Positions 1 to 11,300 of a stretch of 64,000 nt of DNA are shown piece by piece; positions within the stretch are counted from its first letter, which is position 1; every line of letters begins with the position of its first letter. A program made the translations under genes and the position numbers. The stretch is from positions 18,600,001 to 18,664,000 of the forward strand of contig NC_043007.1 in the NCBI RefSeq assembly GCF_006345805.1, given 5' to 3'. The notes beneath the pieces were generated by a model. That model searched no databases and was not told the origin of the DNA. It was given only the letters and a program-made list of their open reading frames with translations. The stretch is from Octopus sinensis. Lineage: Eukaryota.

Positions 1-169
1 TATGTTACAAACTGGCATGGTAGTTACCCTTTGGATATTTAAAATAAGACATAGATGTTACATTAATGATAAATTATGATGGTGATGTTGATGATGAAGA
101 TGATGCTGTACATAGAACCAAGTGGTTGAGAAACAATCTTCTTACCACAAAGTCAAAATGCACCTATGG

Positions 170-273
170 AAAAAAAAATATAGAACACTTCATGAATTTG
201 TGTGTCATCCTTGTGCAGAGGCCATGCTAATCTTCCCTGTGTTGTTCCAATTTTTAGAATATGTACTGCAGAA
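170..273 (-). pseudogene. U6: U6 snRNA pseudogene (about 8 nt missing at the 5' end)
   Basis: Reverse complement aligns with metazoan U6 (...AAAATTGGAAC..ACAG(G)GAAGATTAGCATGGCC..TGC(A)CAAGGATGACAC(A)CAAATTC(A)TGAAG(T)GTTC(T)ATATTTTT). ACAGAGA box is mutated to ACAGGGA and most CpGs have decayed. Confidence 0.92.
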
Positions 274-644
274 TATATATATGATAGATTCTCTCAGCAT
301 GAACAACAAATGAGGGTTCAGTAAAATAAAGTGGTAATCATGTTCTATGGACATGCATGCATCTCTTGAGGCCTGCTGGTGCCTTACAAACCTTTTGGTA
401 AATGGAACAAGTTGAGGACTCAGTTTGCTTTAGTGCTTGTGGATCATTTACTATGTGTTTTCTTGAGTGGACAGCAAGGCCCACTTTGCTCTGTCCCACA
501 AAACCACAATGACAAGTAAAGTTTTCATTTAGAGGAGCAGCATTTTACCAACATGCCTTCATGTTTGCATGAAGTTGATCCCGATGTTGGAGTCAGTTTT
601 GCTCAAATCTTTGAACCGAGGAGAAGCAGGACTGGTGCCAGGTC

Positions 645-980
645 CATCATCATCATCATCATTGTTCAACTGTGGTCGAGACAATGGAATTTACTATGTT
701 ACGCCAGACTTCACGGTCCATCATAGCATTACGGAGGTCCTGTTGCTGGATGCCTGTATCCCTGGAGATTACATCAGGGTAGGAGAGTGTGCGCCCTCTG
801 GTATCGTGAGCAGATGGCTTCCAAAGGAGAAGAGTAGAAATTACCTCGTTTTTAGATCTACAACAATGTCCAGCAAATTGGACTCTTCTACCTTTCACAA
901 GAGATGATACAGGTGGTAATTTCCCATATATTTGTACTTTGGTTGGATGATGCTTCCACGAGAGATTTTGAGCTGGACCT
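645..980 (-). mobile_element. RTE-like LINE 3' fragment with (TGA)n tail
   Basis: Minus-strand peptide SWKHHPTKVQIYGKLPPVSSLVKGRRVQFAGHCCRSKNEVISTLLLWKP...AMMDREVWR is typical of an RTE-group ORF2 C-terminus, followed by a tgatga tail. Confidence 0.75.
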
Positions 981-1110
981 GGTGCCAGGTCCTGTAGTTT
1001 GATGCTTTGTTTTCACAGAATAAAAGGAGAATATAGCATCTCTTCAGATTTTCTTTTAGTTTGCCTTTGAAGCGCAAGAAGTGGCCTTCCAACTGATCTT
1101 TGTGTTATGG

Positions 1111-1279
1111 ATGGAACACTTACTTTTAGGATTCTGAGTTTCAGTGCAAACAATTCAACAGCTTGTGCAAGGGTAATGAATACATACTGCATGAATTACA
1201 CTTGCAAGAAAACTAATGAAGTACAACATTCATTGAATTGTTTGCACAGAAACTCAAAGTCCTGAAAGTGAGTGTTCCA
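1111..1279. mobile_element. MITE / foldback element with ~48-bp terminal inverted repeats
   Basis: atggaacacttacttttaggattctgagtttcagtgcaaacaattcaa matches the reverse complement of ttgaattgtttgcacagaaactcaaagtcctgaaagtgagtgttccat. Confidence 0.75.
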
Positions 1280-1363
1280 TACGAGTATCATTTAATAAAT
1301 TTAGTCCTCCATTTCCAACAATATTGAGGTATAATTCTGTTGTTGCTACATATGGTTGGTTGA

Positions 1364-1447
1364 TGTGTGTGTATGTGTGTGTGTATGTGTGTGTGTGTGT
1401 GTGTATGTGTGTGTATGTGTGTGTGTGTGTGTGTGTGTGCGTGTGTG
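1364..1447. repeat. (TG)n / (TGTA) microsatellite
   Basis: Directly visible. Confidence 0.95.
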
Positions 1448-1754
1448 CTCAAAGAAATAGCTGTGTAGTAAAGTTCGCTTCCCAACCATGTACTTTCAGT
1501 TTCGGTACCACTACATGACACGTTTGGTATGAGTCTCCTCTTATAGTACCATACCAGACTGACCAACCTTGCGAATAGATTTGTTAGACAGAAACTGAAA
1601 GAAGCCCGTCATACATGTGTGTGTATGTGTATGCATGAATATGTTTGTGCGAGTAAGTATTATATTTCTCTTGATCTTCGCATGTGCTTGTGGGCTGTAA
1701 ATAATGACGATGACGTGATTTGCTTGTGCTCAACCACAAAGCATGTCTAAGTTA

Positions 1755-1931
1755 CCCACTACACTCATGGAGTGGTTGGCATTAAGAAGGGCATACAGCT
1801 GTAGAAACATTGCCAGATCAGACTGGAGCCTGGTGCAGCCTCCTGGCTTCCCAGACCCCGGTCGAACAGTCCAACCCATGCTAGCATGGAAAACGGACGC
1901 TAAACGCTGATGATGATGATGATGATGATGA
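1755..1931 (+). mobile_element. Abundant short retroposon tail ending in (GAT)n. Other copies near 4770-4945, 5395-5563, 16590-16760, 19380-19566, 28130-28320, 34440-34624, 38150-38340, 54838-54986, and several on the minus strand
   Basis: Recurrent motif gagtggttggcgttaggaagggcatccagctgtagaaac...aacccatgctagcatggaaaacggacgttaaacgatgatgat. Confidence 0.85.
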
Positions 1932-2020
1932 TACATATAAATATATACATATATATATATATATATAATAACAAATTAATAAATAAAACATATGCATATA
2001 TACATACATACATATATATT

Positions 2021-2248
2021 TCTTTACTACCCACAAGGGGCTAAACACAGAGGAGACAAACAAGGACAGACGAACAGATTAAGTCGATTACATCGACCCC
2101 AGCGCGTAACTGGTACTTAATTTATCGACCCCGGAAGGATGAAAGGCAAAGTCGACCTCAGCGGAATTTGAACTCGGAACGTAACGGCAGACGAAATACG
2201 GCAACGCATTTTGCCCGGCGTGCTAACGTTTCTGCCAGCTCGCCGCCT
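2021..2248 (-). mobile_element. tRNA-derived SINE family 1 (head GGCGGCGAGCTGGCAGAA). Other copies near 10482-10712(+), 16765-16938(-), 23931-24310(+), 32016-32231(-), 45833-46050(+), 57292-57520(-)
   Basis: A-box-like TGGCAGAA..G and B-box GAGTTCAAATTCC, with a shared body gtcgactttgcctttcatcctttcggggtcgataaattaagtaccag. Confidence 0.85.
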
Positions 2249-2600
2249 TCGTGCATATATGTACGTACCTACATCTATATGTATATATATGCATGCATAT
2301 ATGGGTACAGGACACCAAGAAAAACGTCGAACACAATGAGAAACGAAAACATAAACACAAAACGAAGGAAATGGACATTTTTCTTAAACACCGAAAAAAC
2401 AGAATACAAGACATACAACACAAGGAATCCAATACATATATGATGTATGTGTGTGGCTTTGGGATTGTGTTTGTGTATGTATTAATAATGTGTATGTATA
2501 CACTTATACATGCAAACACAAACTTAGTCTTACAAATTTCTTTAAGTTGGCAATTCTGAATAATTCCATGAGTAATGACATGATTCTGTGAGAAACGAAC

Positions 2601-2701
2601 CTGTAACACTTGACGCTAGATCTACAAGTCCCTCTGAGTCGTCTGATTCCTCTGATTCTGAAGAAGAAAAAGAAAATGAAAAAGAAAAAGCAAAAAGCAA
2701 T

Positions 2702-2790
<89 letters not shown>

Positions 2791-5700
2791 TGGCAGAAAT
2801 TCAAAAGATAGTGCTCATGGGAACTGCTCATATCCTACGCAAAATACTCTCTATGTAATCCCAAGGTTTAAAACAAACTTTTTTGATTTTTTATTTTTAT
2901 TTTTATTTTATTTTATTTATTTATTTATTTTTTTAATATATTTATTTATTATTTTATTTTTATGTATTAGACATTCACTAGTACAACACCAAAAAAAAAA
3001 AATACCCCAAATATATGGCACAGAACTTCCAACCTGTTGTCTCTTGAGGTCTCTGGGTGAGACTTGGAGCCAACTTGTACAGACATAAAGCAAAAGTCAA
3101 ACATAGAATAATAATAATAATTTTTTTTTTTTTCCTTTACTACCCACAAGGGGCTAAACACAGAGGGGACAAACAAGGACAGACAAACGGATTAAGTCGA
3201 TTACATCGACCCCAGTGCGTAACTGGTACTTAATTTATCGACCCCGAAAGGATGAAAGGTAAAGTCGACCTAATAATAAAATAATAATAAAAATGAAATT
3301 ATTGTATACAGTGGTCAGGTGCACCACAACTTGTCAAAAGTACGTATAAAGCATATGCAGTAATGTACAAATGTCTGGAAGCGAACAGTGTATGAGTCAG
3401 ATACATGCTTGTGTGTGTATGGAGGGGAGAAAATCAGGTGTAGTGTTGTTGAATCTCAGGAAGCATGGAAGTTTTGAAGGATGCAGTGCTCCAACAACTA
3501 ACAACTGATGCCGGCAGTTTGTTCCATGCTTCAGCAACTCTTAGCATGAAAAAAATGTTTCTGAAAGTCATGGGAGCTGTGCTGTTTTCTGACTTTGTAA
3601 ACCTGTCCATGGGTGTTAGACAGGTGGAGTTTGAAAAGGTGCTCAGAGTTATTGTTTGTAAGATGGTCAATAATTTTATGGGTGTCTGCCAAGTCAGCTG
3701 CCAGACGTCAGAGTTTCAACACAGTGACTTTTTTCTGTTAAGAGAATGTGAATGACAAGAAGCATGACCAAACCAAACACCACAATAACAAACCTCCATG
3801 ATAGGAACATTTGGCAACCATTTAAGATCCTACAAAAACATGTGATAAGTGCAAAATACTAAAAATCACAGGTGGAAATCCCAGCAACAACTGTAGCTTC
3901 TCTATTTTAAACACAAAAGTTAAATCTCTCTGAAATCACTCCATGTCATTTTGAGAGAGGAAAAAAACATTGGATGAGGTAGAAATGGATGGTATGTATG
4001 AATAATAGATGGGATGATCATGCCTGGAATGCTCTTCCTGTATGAATAGGTTCAGTAAACTTTTTAATAGGCACACCTTAAGAGTTTCCTTTAGCTGTGT
4101 CCCTAGTGTAAAAAGAAGATATTAGTAGGATGACCAACCACACCTGAGACAGTGGCAGAATGCACATGTAGAGGTAACATCACATGTCTCCTTAATGACC
4201 ACTGTAACAGGGAAACAGTTGCATATGAGACAGATGTAACGTTGAAAGGCCCAAACAGGCAACCAAATGTGTAGAAGTATGCGGGAACAACAGAAGGTCC
4301 CTTCAGAGCCAGTTTCAATAGCCATACGTCCTCCTGTAATATTCCAGAGAGATGAAATGCCACAGCCCTGGCCAAGCACATATAGTTATTAAAGAAAAAT
4401 GCCGTGGTGTACAATACAGAGTGGAGAATCTTAGAGAAGAGCAAACCATATTTTAGTTGCAGCAAGAGAATGCAGATTATGTTTAACTGATAAAAAAGCC
4501 CACACATCTACCTAAACTACAGAAGAGAGATTTTTAATCCTTGCCCACATGAAAGAAGGTATATTTTATTGTACCTACTGGCTCCATCATGACTATAATC
4601 AGCAGTTCTCCATCTTCAGCTCTTTCATCACGATATTCTGAGATCCTTGTTAGGATTTTAAACAAAACATACAAACAAACACACAGACACATATGTACTC
4701 TTACATAAAAATCACCATTTGAGCATGGCCGTTGCCTTTTCTGCCTGACTGGCCCTCATGCCGGTGGCACGTAAAAGCACCCGCTACACTGTCAGAGTGG
4801 TTGGCGTTAGGAAGGGCATCCAGCTGTAGAAACTCTGCCAAATCAAGATTGGAGCCTGGTGCAGCCATCTGGTTCGCCAGACCTCAGAGAATCGTCCAAC
4901 CCATGCTAGCAAGGAAAGTGGACATTAAACGATGATGATGATGAGAGTGTGACAAAGCTGGCCCTTTGAAATACAGGTACAACAGAAACAGGGAGAAAGA
5001 GTGAGAGAAGGTGTGGTGAAAGAGTACAGCAGGGTTTGCCACCACCCTCTGCCGGAGCCTCATAGAGCATTAAGTGTTTTCGCTCAATAAACATTCACAA
5101 TGCCCGGTCTGGGAATCGAAACCACGATCCTACGACTGCAAGTCTACTGCCCTAACCACTGGGCCATTGCGCCTCCACTATGTGTGTCTACATAAATATA
5201 CGCATGTGTGTATACATAAATATCGCCTAGATTGGCTTCTGTGCCGGTGGTACATAAAAAGCGCTATCCGAATCATGGCCGATGCCAGTGCCGCCTCGAC
5301 TTGCTTCCGTGCCGGTGGCACGTAAAATGCACCAATCCGATAGTGGCCGTTGCCAGCCTCGCCTGGCACCTGTGCAGGTGGCACATAAAAAGCACCCACT
5401 ACACTCACGGAGTGGTTGGCGTTAGGAAGGGCATCCAGCTGTAGAAACATTGCCAGATCAGACTGGGCCTGGTGCAGCCTTCTGGCTTCCCAGACCCCAG
5501 TTGAACTGTCCAACCCATGCTAGCATGGAAAAACGGACGTTAAACGATGATGATGATGATGATGCATGTGTTTGTATACACACACATAAGCACACACACA
5601 CAAGCAGATGCACCCATGCACACCTCTTCGCAGCACTGACAGTTCTGTCCATTAACACGAGTAGTCAAGTAATTAACTTTCTCAGAAACATACCTGAGCT

Positions 5701-8349
5701 AGTATCTACATAAATAGCTTCATCACCTGCTTCAACAACGGCTACATCACCTGCTTCATCACCTGCTTCAACAACGGCTACATCACCTGCTTCTAAAGAA
5801 GAAGAAGAAAGAAGAAAGATTGAAAAGAAAACAATTGAAGAATAACTTTTACATACCTTCATTTTCTCAGTTCATACCTTGCAACAAAGGATTTACACAC
5901 ACACACACACACACACAAACATATATACAGACACAGGTATGGCTGTGTGGTTAAGATGCTTTGTTCCTAAACCATATGGTTTTGGGTTCAGTTCCACTGT
6001 GTGACACCTTGGGCAAATCTCTTCTACTATAGCCCCAGGGCATCCCAAAGCTTTGTGAGTTGATCTGGTAGATGGAAACTGGGTTCTTTTTAAGAGAGTT
6101 CAAGCTGGTCACTAACAAGGTGACAAGACTTTGAGTTAAGAGAGTTCCTGGTGTTGATATGTAGTTGAGTTGGTATGTTGGTTGAGTTGGTATGTTGGTT
6201 GAGTTGGTATGTTGGTTGAGTTGGTATGTTGGTTGAGTTGGTATGTTGGTTGAGTTGGTATGTTGGTTGAGTTGGTATGTTGGTTGAGTTGGTATGTTGG
6301 TTGAGTTGGTATGTTGGTTGAGCTGTCAATACATACACCCTAGTATGTGTATCTATTCATCTAAAGAATCTCAGAGAATTTTTGTTATGTCTTACAAAAT
6401 ATTAGCCATCTTACTAACTATAACTCTGAGCACCTTTTCAAATTCCACCCGTCTAACACCCGTGGACATGTTTACAAAGTCAGAAAACAGCACAGCTCCC
6501 ATGACTTTAGAAACATTTTTTCATGCTAAGAGTTGCTGAAGCATGGAACAGACTGCCGGCATCAGTTGTTAGTTGTCGAAGCACTGCATCCTTCAAAACT
6601 TCCATGCTTCCTGAGATTCGCCAACACTACACCTGATTTTCTCCCCTCCATACACACACAAGCATGTATCTGACTCATACACTGTTCGCTTTCCAGACAT
6701 TTGTACATTACTGCATATACTTTATACGCACTTTCTGATAAGTTGTGGGGCACCTGAGCACTGTATACAATAATTTCATCCTCATCATCACCCCACCACC
6801 ACCACCACCACCACCACCACCACCACCACCATCAGCAGCAGCAGCATAATAACAACATGATCATGATGGTGGGTGTGCACGATATAATGAGTATTTAGGA
6901 AATTAATTCTTTCAGTGCGTAACTGGTACTTTATTTATCGACCCCGAAAGGATGAAAGGCAAAGTCAACCTCAGTGGAATTTGAACTCAGAACATAATGG
7001 CAGATGAAATACTTGTTGTTGTTGACCCCCTTCGGTCACGACACTGACCATGGGATTGCACCTAGAAAGTTACCCTCCTAGTCACAAGTCTGGGCAAGGT
7101 GGTTTATGGAAGACCAGCAGTCGCCCATGCATACTAGCCTCCCCTCTCCACACCACCAGTGTTATCCAGGGGAAAGACAAAGGTCGATACAGCTTGGTAC
7201 CTGTGAAGTTGCAACTCATTCCTACAGCTGAGTGAACTGGAGCAACGTGAAATAAAGTGTCTTGCTCAAGAACACAACACACAGCCTGGTCCGGGATTCG
7301 AACTCACAACCTCACGATCGTAAGTTTGACGTTCTAACCATTGAGTCATGCACCTTCACCCAGATGAAATACTGCTAAGCATTTCGCCCGCATACGGGCT
7401 GGACATCCAAAGGTGCCTCTGCTTTTTCAGCTACTTCTGAAGAAGAAAAAGAACATTATCATTTGTACATTTTGGCTGAATGATTTTGCTTGGTAAGGTG
7501 GAATATTTCTTCCTAACAAATGTAGCCATTAAAGTAATTGTTTTTCTGAAAAATTTGAGATTGTTGGGTTTTTCTTATCTCAATATTCTTTAAGTCTTTT
7601 CATGCAGCCTAATGCCAGATTGTTTCATTGCAATGGTGAAAGTATAGTAATTTCCCGAGTGGTATGTATTTCAAAAAAGGTTGTTGGTTTGCTTTTACTC
7701 AAAGAAAATAACCATTTCTTTTACCAGGCTTGCATTAATGACAATAATCATAGAAGATAGTATTGAACAGTCCCCTATGCCAACATGTCTGGCCTATGTT
7801 CAACACTATGATTGTGTGTGTGTGTGTGTGTGTGTGAGCCCTTGTCTTGATATCACGTGATGGTTGTAGAGTAGCATCACTATCATATAAGTGAGGGTGT
7901 TCATTTCCAGTCTTCTGTAAAAACATGGATTATGTAAAATGCTACCTCGTTTGGAAATAAGTGAGGGTTGGTGCTAAAAGGGGTGTCTGTCTGGCCCATG
8001 TGAGTATAGGAAAGAGGATGTTAAATGATGATGATGATATATAAATATGTTTGTGTATGTACACATAAACATGTGTGTGCGTGCATGTTATATACATATG
8101 TGTATGTGTGTATATATATAAACACACATGCACATACACCCACACCCACACACATTGCTTTCGGTCATGATGGTGGGTGTGCACGATATAATGAGTAGTT
8201 AGGAAATTAATTCTTTCAGTAACCTACCTGTGACAGCGGGCTGGACATCCAAAGGTACCTCTGCTTTTTCAGCTGCTTCTGAAGAAGAAAAAGAAGGTAA
8301 AAGATTGGAAAGAAAACAGTTAAATAATAATTGTTACATGCACACACAT

Positions 8350-8391
<42 letters not shown>

Positions 8392-11300
8392 TTCTTCATC
8401 TTGATGATAGGTCTGATCAATATCTTGAGCAGCTAGGTAACGGACATTCTCAGAAACCTACCTTCAACATCAGGTGTGCTTGCTTTATCAACTGCTTCTG
8501 AAGAAGAAGAAAAAGAAGAGAAATTGAAAAGAAAACAAATAATAAATGTCATCCCCAGCAACAGATGATGCACACATACATACATATAATTATTTTCAGG
8601 ATCCAACAAAATCAAAGGGTTTTAATAACAAAGTTCGTTTGGGTAGACAAGAAATGTATGTACCGGGAGAGAGGTCAGCTGACCTGCTGATGTGAATATC
8701 TCTTTGAAAATCAAAGAGAAAGAAGATAACTAGGGACAACTGCTTCCAAACCTCCAGCTTCTGTATCCGGATTACTAGTTTTAGTCCGGACTAAAACTAG
8801 TCCGAGCGTATCACTCAGGCTTGCGAGGAAGGGATGGCCTCCCTTTGCAAATACCCCAAGGACACTGATATTGTGTCTAAAGCCAGCTAGAGACGACGAT
8901 CCCTTGGGGCTATAAAGCTACAGTAACACCCCCTCCCCAATGTGGTTAGCCGTGATAAGATGGTTTCTATACTTTACATTATCGAGCGATTACTGTTTCA
9001 ATCTCATTCTGAGATTTAAATATGCTTACTGTCAGTTTTTCGAAATCAGTGGCAAACACCACTAGAAAAGCTCTTATATATTTGCAAGGAAGCCTTCACT
9101 TTCGTTGCATCCTGGTGGTTACCGCCCGTTGACAAGGGACAAATATCCCGAAACTAGTTCGAGCGTATCACTCAGGCTTGCGAGGAAGGGATGGCCTCCC
9201 TTTGCAAATACTCCAAGGGCACTGATATTGTGTCTAAAGCCAGCTGGAGACGAAGATCTCTTGGGGCTATAAAGCTACAGTAACACCCCCTCCCCTATGT
9301 GGTTAGCCATGATAAGATGGCTTCTATACTTTACATTATCGAGCGATTACTGTTTCAATCTCATTCTGAGATTTAAATATCAGAGTAGATATTTACTTAA
9401 TGAAAAAGTAAGCACTGTTCTAATAAAGTCCATACCTTCCTCTTCCTCCTTCAATGACTCTTCTTCTGTTGCTAGAACTTCTTCCTGAGGTGTACTGACC
9501 TCAGTTTCTTCAACGCTCACAGGAGTTTGTAAAAGATTTTGATCTTCTTCACTTAAAAACCTTCCTACTACTTCTTCCTCTGATAATGCGATATCTCTTC
9601 TAGAGCCTTTCTCTGGAGCCATCTTCTCAATCACAGACCCTTGTGTCAAAGCACTTTCAGTTTCACTCATCACATCACTTGCAGCTTTTGCTAACTGATC
9701 AGCCTCATCAGTTAATGCATCATCAGGCAACTCAACATCTTCATCCTGAGATAATTCAGATCCATCCTCTGCAAACAAAAGTCCAGAACAGTATGTCTAT
9801 TATAATACAAACTTTAACATTAATTAAAATGAATAACATTTGAAAAAAATAAAAATGGAAAAACATTCTTTTCAGTATAAACATGTAGAAGCAATAGTAT
9901 TATTATTATTATCATTACTACTAAGGCAGTGAGCTAGCAGAACTGTTAGCACACCAGGCAAAATGCTTACTCTTTTACTTGTTTCAGTCATCTGACTGCG
10001 GCCATGCTGGAGCACCGCCTTTAGTCAAGGAAATCGAACCAAGCACTTATTCTTTGTAAGCCTAGTACTTATTCTATTGGCCTCTTTTACCAAACTGCTA
10101 AGTTACGGGGGACATAAACACACTAGCATCTGTTGTCAAGCGATGTTGGGGGGGGGGGCAAACATAGACACACAACCACACACACACACACATATATACA
10201 ACGGGCTTCTTTCAGTTTCCGTCTACCAAATCCACTCACAAGACTTTGGTCGGCCCGAGGCTATAGCAGAAGACACTTGCCCAAGGTGCCATGCGGTGGG
10301 ACTGAACCCGGAACCATGTGGTTGGTAAGCAAGCTACTTACCACACAACCACTTCAGAGTAGATGCGAGTAGTTGAATCTGGCCTATTTGAACATAAAAC
10401 AGAATATTTGGATCAAATATGGCCAGTTTAAGTGCTAATGGGTTAAATCAATGGTGCAGCATGGGGGTATGTAGAAAATTAGGCGGCGAGCTGGCAGAAT
10501 CGTTAGCACGCCGGGCGAAATGCTTAGCAGTATTTCATCTGCCATTATGTTCTGAGTTCAAATTCCGCTGAGGTTGACTTTCCCTTTCATCCTTTCGGGG
10601 TCGATAAATAAAGTACCAGTTACGCACTGGGGTTGATGTAATTGCCTTAATCTCTTTGTCTGTCCTTGTTTATCCCCTCTATGTTTAGCCCCTTGTGGGC
10701 AATAAAGGAATAATGGGTATGTAGAATATACAGAATGGTTACTTTATATATGTGTATTTATCAGTGACGTAGCTAGAGGTGGATTTTCTAAGGGTGGATG
10801 CCCTTCTTGTCTCCAACGCTAACCTGTTTCCAAGCAAGGTGATATCTCCCCATGGCCAGACATGTTTTCTAGGAAGAATGGGAATGAATGACACTGCTGG
10901 CATGACAGTGGCACTTGTTTACAACTAACACCTGGAGTTTACATCTAACACAAGGAGACAGTGACACATACACACATGTGCACACACACATACACACACA
11001 CACACACATGTGTGTGATGGGCTTCTTTTGTTCAATCCAGTCGCAAGGCTTTGGTCAGCTTGGGGCTATAGTTGAAGACATAATATGACACTTGTCAGAC
11101 ATAATAAGATGCTTGTGTGGAAATTAGGTTTGGAATCAAAAGGCCTTAGAATCAATGTAGCAAAAACCAAAGTTCTAGTAAGCAGGAAGGTGAACTCTTC
11201 ACTCCCACCCCTCAGGTAGGTGGACCTGCTCAATCTGTAGAAAAGGTGTCGGTAGAAACTCCATAAGATGTACCCAGTGTAAGCTATGGACACATAAGAG

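Noticed and set aside
1288-2831. Numerous short His/Thr, Val/Cys and Ile/Leu-rich ORFs
   Set aside because: Translations of CA/TA/AAT microsatellites and SINE bodies.
4103-4507. 134-aa hydrophobic minus-strand ORF as an exon of the acidic gene
   Set aside because: It is the antisense of a decayed Penelope GIY-YIG region.
4575-4637. Candidate 63-nt phase 1-1 exon EYRDERAEDGELLIIVMMEPV
   Set aside because: Frame and donor fit, but the acceptor has a poor pyrimidine tract and lacks the shared module flanks; kept only as a possibility.
6090-6338. Repetitive ORF (TQPTYQLNQHTNSTNIP)n / CRISPR-like periodicity
   Set aside because: Pure 17-bp tandem minisatellite with no spacers; the ORF is a by-product.
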